Assembly: GCA_010672925.1 (NCBI GenBank)
Contig: JAAHFP010000079.1
Location: 1-24,358 of the forward strand
DNA length: 24,358 nt
Direction: 5' to 3'
DNA from: Symploca sp. SIO1C2
GTDB taxonomy: Bacteria > Cyanobacteriota > Cyanobacteriia > Cyanobacteriales > Coleofasciculaceae
Shown here: positions 14,419-21,815 of the stretch, in pieces
How positions within the stretch are numbered: position 1 is the first letter of the stretch
How the letters are laid out: every line of letters starts with the position of its first letter
Made by a program: the position numbers and the translations under genes
The notes under the pieces: generated by a model
What the model was told of the DNA's origin: nothing
Database searches by the model: none
What the model saw: only the letters and a program-made list of their open reading frames with translations

Positions 14419-17400
14419 CATCGTCTGAAAACTTCCCACTGACCACAATCTATCCGTTGGTAGGGTTCTTTTTTTAGTTCCTCTTCAAAATCTGGGTCAA
14501 ATTTCGCTTCCTGCCAATAGCAGATAGATTTGACCTGCTTGGGAGTGAGGTTTTCGACTTTGCCCCAATTTGGGTCTTCACCGAAGTAGGCTCCGCTGAG
14601 GTCAGCTCTATTGATGTCAGCTCCTCTGAGGTCAGCTCCTCTGAGGTCAGCTCCTCTGAGGTCAGCATCAAAGAGGTTGGCATCAATAAGGCTAGCCTCC
14701 AAGAGGCCGACTCTACTGAGGTTGGCATCAAAGAGGATGGCTCTACTGAGGTTGGCTCTGCTGAGGTCGGTTCCACTGAGTTTGGCTCTCCTGAGGTTGG
14801 CTCTGCTGAGGTTGGCTCCACTGAGTTTGGCTCCACTGAGTTTGGCTCTCCTGAGGTCGGCTCCACTGAGGTTGGCATCAATGAGGTCGGCTCCACTGAG
14901 GTTGGCATCAATGAGGTCGGCTCCACTGAGGTCGGCTCCACTGAGGTTAGCTCCACTGAGGTTGGCTCTGCTGAGGTCGGCTCCACTGAGGTTGGCTCTG
15001 CTGAGGTCGGCTCCACTGAGGTTGGCTCTGCTGAGGTTGATCCTACTCAAGTTAGCTTGTTGAAGAGGAGCATTCCTTAAAGCAACTCCTAACTCTTTGA
15101 GCTTTCGCAGCGCTTCGTGCCTAGCCGCATTGTACTCTTCACCTTGAGTTTCCTGAACTGTTTCCCAGTGCTGCTTAATCGCTACTCTCCTATAAGACAA
15201 GTACCCAATCAGTGTTGTTCCAATTACAGGAATGATCAACCAACCAACAATTAATTTCAGTCGATTACGCTGCTTGTGCTCGATACTTTTTTCGATAAAC
15301 TCTGAGGCAAATTTCGATAAAGGAAATTCTTCACTCTCCTTTTTCTTAAACTCTCTAGCTTCCCTTAACCGCCTTCCTTGCAGCAAATAATCCTTAGCAA
15401 TTTTAGGATTTTCCTGCTGCTTATTCCTCCACTCAATAGCAGCAGCTTCAATCTTACGCTGCTCCCTGAGCTTATCCCGACTTTCCTCTAACCACTGCCT
15501 CAACAGACACCAGTTACGGATCAGTGCTTCATGAGCAACATCCACTACTACTTCCCCACTTGCCATCCCCTTTGCTGTTAGCTCACTAGTAACAATTAAC
15601 CGATTCTCCTTATCCGCTAATTCCGCAATTACCTCATCAATTAGAGCTTCAGGATATTTAGCTGTAATCAAATCTTGCTTTAATACCCGCCTACGAGTAT
15701 CCTCTGTCCCCTCTCCCAGCTGCGTCAAACCCAGAAATATATGCCTAGCTACCTCCTGCTTTAACTGAGAAAATTGTTGGAAAATCTCCGTGGCTCTTTT
15801 ATCTAACGTTCCCCCTACACCTCCTAACTGAGCATAACTAGCTAACTGTAAACCCTCATCAGTGCGCTGTTTCCAAAGTGCCTTGAGGGTATATTGCAAC
15901 AGTGGCAAACTTCCAGGAGAACCTGCGACATCTTGAAGCATCTGCTCCACTAATTCTGGCTCAATCTCCAAGTTAACTAGTTCAGCAGGTTTAGCGATCG
16001 CATCTTGCAACTGTTCCCTTTCCATCGGAGATATTGCGACTAAGTTCTCCTGGATCAGTTGAGCTAGTCCACTATAATTCTGCTCGATACATTTACTAAA
16101 GAAATCTGCTCGCATTGCCAGAATCAGACAAAGTTCCTCTTCCAACTGCCTTAATGCTCCCAGCAAAAAGTCAATAAACTGCGATCGCTCTCCATAATTC
16201 TGACAAAGGGTGAAAACTTCCTCAAATTGGTCGATTACCAGCACCACACGAGTAACTTGAGCAGATTGTACTAGACGGCGTAACCCATCTGCACCTTCTT
16301 TGAGTAATTCTTCTGCTTTCCCTAACTGTGTAGCGTGGTCAACTTGGGATAAATTTGGCTCCACAAAAACCTCTGCTAAACTCCTCAGAGGCTGACTTCC
16401 AGGAACCATAATCTCAATCTGCCACTGATTACTCCCAGCTAATTGCCTTCCTAACTTCAGTTGATGGAGTAATCCGGCCCTCAGGACTGAAGATTTACCA
16501 CTGCCAGAAGCTCCGATAATTGCCAAGAAGCTACTCTGACGCACTTTATCAATCAGCTGATCCGTTAGTTCCTTGCGTCCGAAAAAGTATTTGGGGTCTT
16601 CTTCATTACAGTCAAAATATTCTAATCCCTTGTAAGGACAAATGGCTTCAGTTGGTTCAGAAGTCGCCTGCTGTTGTTGAAATTTCCAGCTACGAGTTAA
16701 ATTAATCGGCTCACCAAAGTTAGTAAAAGTCGGACGTTGAGTTACCCCTTGCAGATGTTGGTTGAGATAATCCACCAAACTATAGTTAGTAACCCAGCGT
16801 TGAGGACATCTACTAGGGTCAAGTCCTTCTAGTAGCACCCTAGTCAAAACACTGTAGGCACTACCAATTTCTTCAAAAGACTCCTCAAATTCCCTAGAAG
16901 CAGCGATAAAACAACGGTCTCTTCCTTTACCTTGTTCTCCAGGGTCAGCTTCTTGCCCAAAATTGAGTAATTCTCCACTATGGCAGCAGTCAAGCCAGAC
17001 TATTTGCTGCTTAATCGGACTCTCTCTTAATAGTTCTCGCAACCATTTCAAGGATAAGCCATTAAATTCTACATCGGGATTAACATCACTAGTTGCCAAA
17101 AATCCTTCTGGAATACCCAAAGTTGTACGCAATCCATGGCCAGAAAAGTAGAATAAGGCAGTATCGGGGATACTGTTACCTTCGGGTAAAAATAGTTTAA
17201 CCAGTGCTTGCTTGAGTTGTGACAGCTTAACTTCCAGCTTCTTCCCTACAAAAGGCTGATGAGTTTCTCGATGAATTGCTTCCGGCAACCGCCAGACACG
17301 AAACTCTCCATCCTGTTCTAACCGTTGTGCAATCGCTTCTGCATCTTCAGCGGGAGCTTGTAGGTTACGTAAGTCTGAATATTGGTAAGTATTGATGCCA

Positions 17401-17423
17401 ACAACTAGCGCATCCCGGATCAT
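14418..17423 (-). CDS. Caspase-like (peptidase C14, orthocaspase) - nSTAND-type P-loop NTPase - single TM helix - pentapeptide-repeat protein
   Basis: Caspase His/Cys dyad motifs FYFSGHG (aa ~93-98) and VWLDCCHSG (aa ~142-150). CPYKGLEYFDCNEEDPKYFFGRKEL then P-loop IIGASGSGKSSVLRAGL and Walker B VVLVIDQFEEVFT. HEALIRNWCLLRQWLEE helix. TM LIVGWLIIPVIGTTLIGYLSY (nt 15192-15260). About 32 pentapeptide units A(N/D)LSx (aa ~786-946). C-terminal NLTPKQVKSICYWQEAKFD tail. Confidence 0.93.
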   Translation of the reverse strand: MIRDALVVGINTYQYSDLRNLQAPAEDAEAIAQRLEQDGEFRVWRLPEAIHRETHQPFVGKKLEVKLSQLKQALVKLFLPEGNSIPDTALFYFSGHGLRTTLGIPEGFLATSDVNPDVEFNGLSLKWLRELLRESPIKQQIVWLDCCHSGELLNFGQEADPGEQGKGRDRCFIAASREFEESFEEIGSAYSVLTRVLLEGLDPSRCPQRWVTNYSLVDYLNQHLQGVTQRPTFTNFGEPINLTRSWKFQQQQATSEPTEAICPYKGLEYFDCNEEDPKYFFGRKELTDQLIDKVRQSSFLAIIGASGSGKSSVLRAGLLHQLKLGRQLAGSNQWQIEIMVPGSQPLRSLAEVFVEPNLSQVDHATQLGKAEELLKEGADGLRRLVQSAQVTRVVLVIDQFEEVFTLCQNYGERSQFIDFLLGALRQLEEELCLILAMRADFFSKCIEQNYSGLAQLIQENLVAISPMEREQLQDAIAKPAELVNLEIEPELVEQMLQDVAGSPGSLPLLQYTLKALWKQRTDEGLQLASYAQLGGVGGTLDKRATEIFQQFSQLKQEVARHIFLGLTQLGEGTEDTRRRVLKQDLITAKYPEALIDEVIAELADKENRLIVTSELTAKGMASGEVVVDVAHEALIRNWCLLRQWLEESRDKLREQRKIEAAAIEWRNKQQENPKIAKDYLLQGRRLREAREFKKKESEEFPLSKFASEFIEKSIEHKQRNRLKLIVGWLIIPVIGTTLIGYLSYRRVAIKQHWETVQETQGEEYNAARHEALRKLKELGVALRNAPLQQANLSRINLSRANLSGADLSRANLSGADLSRANLSGANLSGADLSGADLIDANLSGADLIDANLSGADLRRAKLSGAKLSGANLSRANLRRAKLSGTDLSRANLSRAILFDANLSRVGLLEASLIDANLFDADLRGADLRGADLRGADINRADLSGAYFGEDPNWGKVENLTPKQVKSICYWQEAKFDPDFEEELKKEPYQRIDCGQWEVFRR
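14586..15068 (-). repeat. 15-bp periodic coding repeat (pentapeptide-repeat region)
   Basis: Units such as gaggtcggctccact and gaggttggctctgct are reiterated with few differences. They generate the spurious ORFs 14474..15016 and 14611..15063. Confidence 0.9.
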
Positions 17424-17449
17424 TTAGGTGTTAGGTGTTAGGTGGTAGG
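17424..17449 (+). repeat. STRR array (TTAGGTG/GGTGGTA) abutting the caspase-STAND start codon
   Basis: On the minus strand it reads CTCCCCTACCACCTAACACCTAACACCTAA followed directly by ATG (17423-17421). Confidence 0.9.
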
Positions 17450-17616
17450 GGAGGTTATATTTTCAGTGCATTATTTTATAGTATAGCTGAGGGGATTAAG
17501 ATATTCTTTGCTATTTTCCTTTCTCAAAATAAAATGATTGTACCCGTGATGTGGTGCGTTACGCTACGCTAACACACCCTACAATCTATCACTACGATAG
17601 TTACTAACTATTGTTT

Positions 17617-17825
17617 GAGCGGGTTTTGTATTAAGATTGTCGCCAAATGCGATAAGGGAGACCCTAAACTATTAGTGTCAACTTAAGGTGGATTCCAAAA
17701 ATTTAGTCCATTTCAATGGACTTAAGCTATTAGCCTTGGATTTGAATCCAAGGTGGGTTAGGGAATCCAGCTAGCAGCTATGTCTAGGTTTAAGTTGACA
17801 CCAATGACCCTAAACCCGCCCCGAC
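17617..17825 (+). mobile_element. MITE-like GGGCGGGTTT-ended element, copy D, interrupted by a second element
   Basis: gagcgggttttg...gataagggagaccctaaac [insert] gaccctaaacccgccccgac. Without the insert it is ~64 bp, like copies A-C. Confidence 0.7.
17671..17805. mobile_element. Nested 135-bp MITE with 16-bp terminal inverted repeats
   Basis: TIRs attagtgtcaacttaa (17671-17686) and ttaagttgacaccaat (17790-17805) match 15/16. Flanked by the direct repeat GACCCTAAAC (17660-17669 and 17806-17815). Internal perfect hairpins agtccat-ttca-atggact and ccttggatt-tg-aatccaagg. Confidence 0.75.
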
Positions 17826-17836
17826 AGCAATTAAAA

Positions 17837-17869
17837 CCTACCACCTACCACCTAACACCTACGACCTAA
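17837..17869 (-). repeat. STRR array (CCTACCA/CCTAACA)n abutting the Trypco1-like start codon
   Basis: CCTACCACCTACCACCTAACACCTACGACCTAA then A and ATG 17871. Inverted relative to 17424-17449. Confidence 0.9.
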
Positions 17870-17870
17870 A

Positions 17871-18260
17871 ATGATACAACTAACTCCTCTAGAACTTGAA
17901 GACGGAACAATCATTTATATAGAAGCCAAAGAAGATGTGGAAATTCCTTCTACCGAAGCTCCCCCATCTGAAGAAGAAGAAGAAGAACTAACTCGTGAGG
18001 ACTTAGATAAAGGTGGAAAAGGCTTGAGTAAAGCGCAGATGCTGCAAAATTTTAAACTAGTGGAAGGCACAATTCGAGCTTATACCCATTATACACTCAA
18101 CGCTTTCCGTCAAGTAGCCAACGCCAATATCAACAAAGTTACTCTAGAATTTGGCATGAAAGTAGGGGGTAAAGCCGGTATCCCTTACATTACCGAAGGC
18201 ACTGCCGAAAGCAACCTGAAAATTACTGTGGAATGTTCTTTTCCTAACGAAAAAAAATAG
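17871..18260 (+). CDS. Small Trypco1-like (CU044_2847-type) protein, tentative
   Basis: N-terminal LELEDGTIIYIEA, acidic low-complexity linker, C-terminal VTLEFGMKVGGKAGIPYITEGTAESNLKITVE. This fits my recollection of the trypsin-co-occurring domain 1 pattern (ELxDGxxVxVEV ... VxVEFGxKxxxEAGxxIAxxxxEAxxKVxLxW). Confidence 0.6.
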   Translation: MIQLTPLELEDGTIIYIEAKEDVEIPSTEAPPSEEEEEELTREDLDKGGKGLSKAQMLQNFKLVEGTIRAYTHYTLNAFRQVANANINKVTLEFGMKVGGKAGIPYITEGTAESNLKITVECSFPNEKK

Positions 18261-18368
18261 TGAACGCCATACCAAGAACCCCGACTTTTTGAAGGATACT
18301 GCGGTTGAATAAGGGGTGTTATCCCGCTTGTCAAGACTTTACGTGCAACGTTTTACAAGCTTTCTTAT

Positions 18369-18402
18369 CTTCTGCCTTCTGCCTCCTGCCTCCTGCCTTC
18401 TC
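18369..18402. repeat. STRR heptamer array (CTGCCTT/CTGCCTC)n
   Basis: Read directly, 66 nt upstream of ATG 18468. Confidence 0.9.
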
Positions 18403-18434
18403 ATACTAATGTACGATAATGGCAGCATCCGAAG

Positions 18435-19328
18435 TTGTCACTTTCCTCCTTAGGCAAAAGCGATCGCATGGTACCAAAAGAACTAAAGTTCCTGTTGAAG
18501 TTGTTAGGCTTTCCCAATTACAGGGCTCCCTTGACTAAAATTCAGCCTACTCCCAAAATGAAAGCTATGGAACGGAATAGTCTTTGTCGTCGGCTGTGCA
18601 ATCAAGGTTTTGTGGCTAGTGCGGTGGTGGTTACTAAGTTAAAGATTGCTCCTCCTGGTAAGTCTCTGCTCAAGTTAGATCCTACTGGTTCCCTGGTTAA
18701 GGAGGAAGAACTTCAAGTACTCCAAGCTTGCGCTAAGAGAACAATTTCTCCTCAAAAGACTGGTATTCCTAGTGACAAGCAACAAATAGTTATCCATGAT
18801 TTGAGCCAAAGGGGATTGATTAAAATAGTCGATCACAGAATTACCGACATTTGGTTGACAGACCAGGGGCAGCAATATTTATTGGAAAACTACGAATGTA
18901 ATAGTACCTCTGAACATATCCACCTGAAGATGCTCACGGATTACCTGCGGTTGCTGCGTAGATTCCAAGGGGTTGCCAGGGAGCAGGTACAGTCTGCAAC
19001 CATTGAGTCTCAGGAACCTGTAGGGACTGAGAAGTTGGCTGTATCTGAGAGCAAACCCACAGATGCAGCTATATTGCAGTTAATTCAAGATTTAGACAAT
19101 AAGTTAGGCACTAACAATTATTTGCCCATTTTTCATCTGCGGGAACAATTACAACCAAGGCTGTCTAGGGAAGAATTAGATCAAACTCTTTATCGCCTCC
19201 AACAACAAGAACAAATTGAGCTGAGTGCTTTGGTACATACTCAAAACTATACCCCAGAGCAAATTAACGCAGGTATTAGTCAGCGGGTTGGTAGTAAGCT
19301 ATTTTTTATCCAGGTTACGGTGGAGTGA
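18435..19328 (+). CDS. Hypothetical protein with three winged-helix-like modules
   Basis: The track start is TTG 18435. ATG 18468 (MVPKELKFLLKLLG) is more likely. Two tandem ~70-aa units share the pattern (K/E)EL..L......(R/K)...L...G(F/L)(V/I)........(I/L)...G...LL. A third unit is ILQLIQDLDNKLGTNNYLPIFHLREQLQPRLSREELDQTLYRLQQQEQIELS. No family recognised. Confidence 0.6.
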   Translation: MSLSSLGKSDRMVPKELKFLLKLLGFPNYRAPLTKIQPTPKMKAMERNSLCRRLCNQGFVASAVVVTKLKIAPPGKSLLKLDPTGSLVKEEELQVLQACAKRTISPQKTGIPSDKQQIVIHDLSQRGLIKIVDHRITDIWLTDQGQQYLLENYECNSTSEHIHLKMLTDYLRLLRRFQGVAREQVQSATIESQEPVGTEKLAVSESKPTDAAILQLIQDLDNKLGTNNYLPIFHLREQLQPRLSREELDQTLYRLQQQEQIELSALVHTQNYTPEQINAGISQRVGSKLFFIQVTVE

Positions 19329-19428
19329 AAACTAGTGCAGCATGGCCAAAATAAACTACCAGGGAAAAAAAGTTAACCAGCTTACTGTTTCCTTGCACTT
19401 TAACCCAGAAATCCAAGCATAAACTCTT

Positions 19429-19462
19429 GACTTATTACTTATTACTTGTTACTTATTACTTC
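19429..19462. repeat. STRR heptamer array (CTTATTA/TTATTAC)n
   Basis: Read directly. Same family as 1-22. Confidence 0.85.
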
Positions 19463-19640
19463 AAAACCCGAGTCAATGGACTTATACAGCAAGCCCTAAG
19501 TAGGGTTGGCTGAATAAGTGTGGAAGCTTTGCCAGACAAAAGGTTCAGTCCAATTGACAGCCAAACTAGTCCAAAGTTTTTTATTTTTTGGCTCAATTTT
19601 CTTGCACCTTAATGGGAAATTCCTGGGTAACTTTCTTCTT

Positions 19641-19685
19641 CTCCCTTGTCTCCCTTGTCTCCCTTGTCTTCCTTGTCCCCCTTGT
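19641..19685. repeat. 9-mer tandem array (CTCCCTTGT)n
   Basis: Five units, three of them perfect, about 50 nt upstream of ATG 19734. It creates the spurious ORF 19518..19712. Confidence 0.9.
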
Positions 19686-19733
19686 CTGACTTATTCAGCA
19701 AGCCCTAAGTAGCGCCACTGAGGTATCCGCAAT

Positions 19734-21815
19734 ATGACATCTATCGATGAGCTTATTTTAAGAAGTACTAATCCCTTTGATAACTATCGGTCTGTCAATT
19801 TTTGGGATCAACAGCAAGCTACCGAACCTACAGTTAACTCTATTCACAAAGATGCGATCGCGAAAATAGAAACTACTCTAGATCAAGTTGCCCTAGACCA
19901 TCGTACCCGAACTGTGAGGCTAGAAGGAGACCCTGGTTCTGGTAAAACTTTTCTGTTGGGTAGGCTCAAGCGTCAACTAAACCCCAAAGCCTTTTTTGCT
20001 TATATTCCTCCCTTTCCCCAGAGTGACGAAATCTGGCGCCATATCTTGCGCTACACTGTTAATAGTCTGGTAGAAGTACCCCATCGGCAGCAAGACTCTC
20101 AATTGTTGCGATGGCTCAAAAGCTTATCTGTTTTTAAACGACGCGGTTTTGGCAAGGGATTACGGCAAGGTACTGCTTGGGATTGGTTAAGGGCTGACAA
20201 ACAAAGATTTATTACCAATCTCAAGGAAACTTATCAAAAAGCGCCTCTTTATAATGCTAACAGTTTTTTCAGCTTGCTCCATGACCTGACTAACCCGAAA
20301 CTGTATCCTTTAGCTTGTGAATGGTTAAAAGGAGATGATTTAAGTGAAGAAGCTCTAGAAAAATTAGGACTAAAGCATTCCATTGAAAGTGAAGAAGCTG
20401 CCTATGAAATTTTAGCGAATTTCGGCAGAATTTCCATGGCAACTCAACCGATTGTCCTGTGTTTTGACCAACTAGAAAGCATTGCTTGCTTGCCGGATGG
20501 TTCCCTCAATTTACCGGCATTGTTTAATGCCAACACCAGAATTCATGACGAGAATCATAATTTTTTGATTATTATCAGTATTATTATTAATACCTGGAAA
20601 CAGAACGAGCATCGCCTTGACCAGTCTCATAAAGACCGAATTGATACCCATCTTACTCTGCGACCGATTAATATCGAACAAGCCCAATCCATTTGGGCAA
20701 CTCGTCTTTTCCCCCTCCACTCTCAAGCCCAATACCAACCAAATTCTATAATTTATCCCCTCAAGCGTCAATATCTAGAAGCTGAATTACCTAGCGGTAA
20801 AACCAATCCCAGAAATGCTCTGCTCATTGGCAGAGATATCTTTCAACAGTTCAAAGAATGGCTAGCTCAAGAAACAAAAGAAAAGTTTCAGCCTACCTAC
20901 AGACCTCAACAGCCAAAAAGTCAACCATCAGACCTGCTAGCTAACTTTAAATTAAATTGGGTTGAAGAGCTAAATAAGATTCAAGAAAAATTTACTGATA
21001 TTCGCCAGTTATCTTCACCGGAACTAATCAGAGTCCTGCAAGATGCCCTGATTGCTCTACAAGGGTCAGAAATTACTACTCCTCTGTTAACAAAAACCAA
21101 GTATGCTAGCTATTCCCTAAGCTATCAGTTACCGAATCACCCTGGCAAGCGAGGTGTGATCTGGACAGAAGACTCCAATATGAATTCCTTTTTCAATGTT
21201 ATGAGAGCCTGTCAGAAAGAGATTCACAATCACTCTGATACAGTCTTGCAACTGATTCGTTCTTTAGGAGTAGGTAAACCATCTAATGCAGGACATAAAC
21301 TCTATCAAACAATTTTCACCGGTTCACCCCATTGTCACCTTATCCCCAGCCTCAATTCCTTTCAATACCTAGTAACTTACCATAATTTAGTTAAGGATGC
21401 TCGGGAGGGAGACTTATTAATTGGCAGTGAAACTTTAGGCTTGAAAGGTTTACAAGCCTTAGTTAGGGAATCCCAAGTTTTAGAAGATTGTCAGTTATTA
21501 CAAGATTTAGGTATTTTTGTCCGGCAGCAACCCCAGGAAGATACTAAGGAGTTGAATCGTCCACAACAGAGAAAAACTAGTAAAGCGTCTCAAAATGGGT
21601 TGCTCTCGGTTAAAGACTATTTGTTCAATTTAGTGAAAACCCAAGGACTGATGGGACGTCAAATACTTGTCGAAAATATTTGTAGTCAGTTTACCCAGGT
21701 TCCCGAATCTCAAGTTGAGGAACTGCTTGAGCAGTTGTGTCAAGAAAAGCAAATCTCTATTCTCAATCCTAAGGAGCAACGAGAAGCACAGCTGGTTTTT
21801 TTAGGTGTTAAGTAG
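19734..21815 (+). CDS. P-loop ATPase of the AAA+/STAND (ORC-Cdc6-like) type with helical C-terminal half and C-terminal winged-helix-like domain
   Basis: Walker A LEGDPGSGKTFLLGRL (aa ~63-76). Walker B PIVLCFDQLESI (aa ~239-250). NFLIIISIIINTW (sensor-I-like). LTLRPINIEQAQSIWATRL (lid-like). C-terminal ILVENICSQFTQVPESQVEELLEQLCQEKQISIL. The last codons and the stop lie in the STRR. Confidence 0.8.
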   Translation: MTSIDELILRSTNPFDNYRSVNFWDQQQATEPTVNSIHKDAIAKIETTLDQVALDHRTRTVRLEGDPGSGKTFLLGRLKRQLNPKAFFAYIPPFPQSDEIWRHILRYTVNSLVEVPHRQQDSQLLRWLKSLSVFKRRGFGKGLRQGTAWDWLRADKQRFITNLKETYQKAPLYNANSFFSLLHDLTNPKLYPLACEWLKGDDLSEEALEKLGLKHSIESEEAAYEILANFGRISMATQPIVLCFDQLESIACLPDGSLNLPALFNANTRIHDENHNFLIIISIIINTWKQNEHRLDQSHKDRIDTHLTLRPINIEQAQSIWATRLFPLHSQAQYQPNSIIYPLKRQYLEAELPSGKTNPRNALLIGRDIFQQFKEWLAQETKEKFQPTYRPQQPKSQPSDLLANFKLNWVEELNKIQEKFTDIRQLSSPELIRVLQDALIALQGSEITTPLLTKTKYASYSLSYQLPNHPGKRGVIWTEDSNMNSFFNVMRACQKEIHNHSDTVLQLIRSLGVGKPSNAGHKLYQTIFTGSPHCHLIPSLNSFQYLVTYHNLVKDAREGDLLIGSETLGLKGLQALVRESQVLEDCQLLQDLGIFVRQQPQEDTKELNRPQQRKTSKASQNGLLSVKDYLFNLVKTQGLMGRQILVENICSQFTQVPESQVEELLEQLCQEKQISILNPKEQREAQLVFLGVK

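Noticed and set aside
14474-15063. Long ORFs 14474..15016 (-) and 14611..15063 (+) with repetitive EPTS / LRSAPL translations
   Set aside because: They are alternative-frame and antisense readings of the 15-bp pentapeptide-repeat tract of the 1001-aa gene. Periodic low-complexity DNA keeps all frames open. There is no independent start context or motif.
17730-17765. tRNA-like T-arm look-alike (ccttggatttgaatccaagg)
   Set aside because: It is only a 9-bp perfect hairpin inside the nested MITE. It has no acceptor stem, D-arm or anticodon arm, and the loop does not match the GTTCGAATC consensus.
19518-19712. 64-aa ORF ending in LPCLPCLPCLPCPPCL
   Set aside because: Its tail is the CTCCCTTGT 9-mer array and its body is T-rich intergenic sequence. 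It starts at GTG with no ribosome-binding site.
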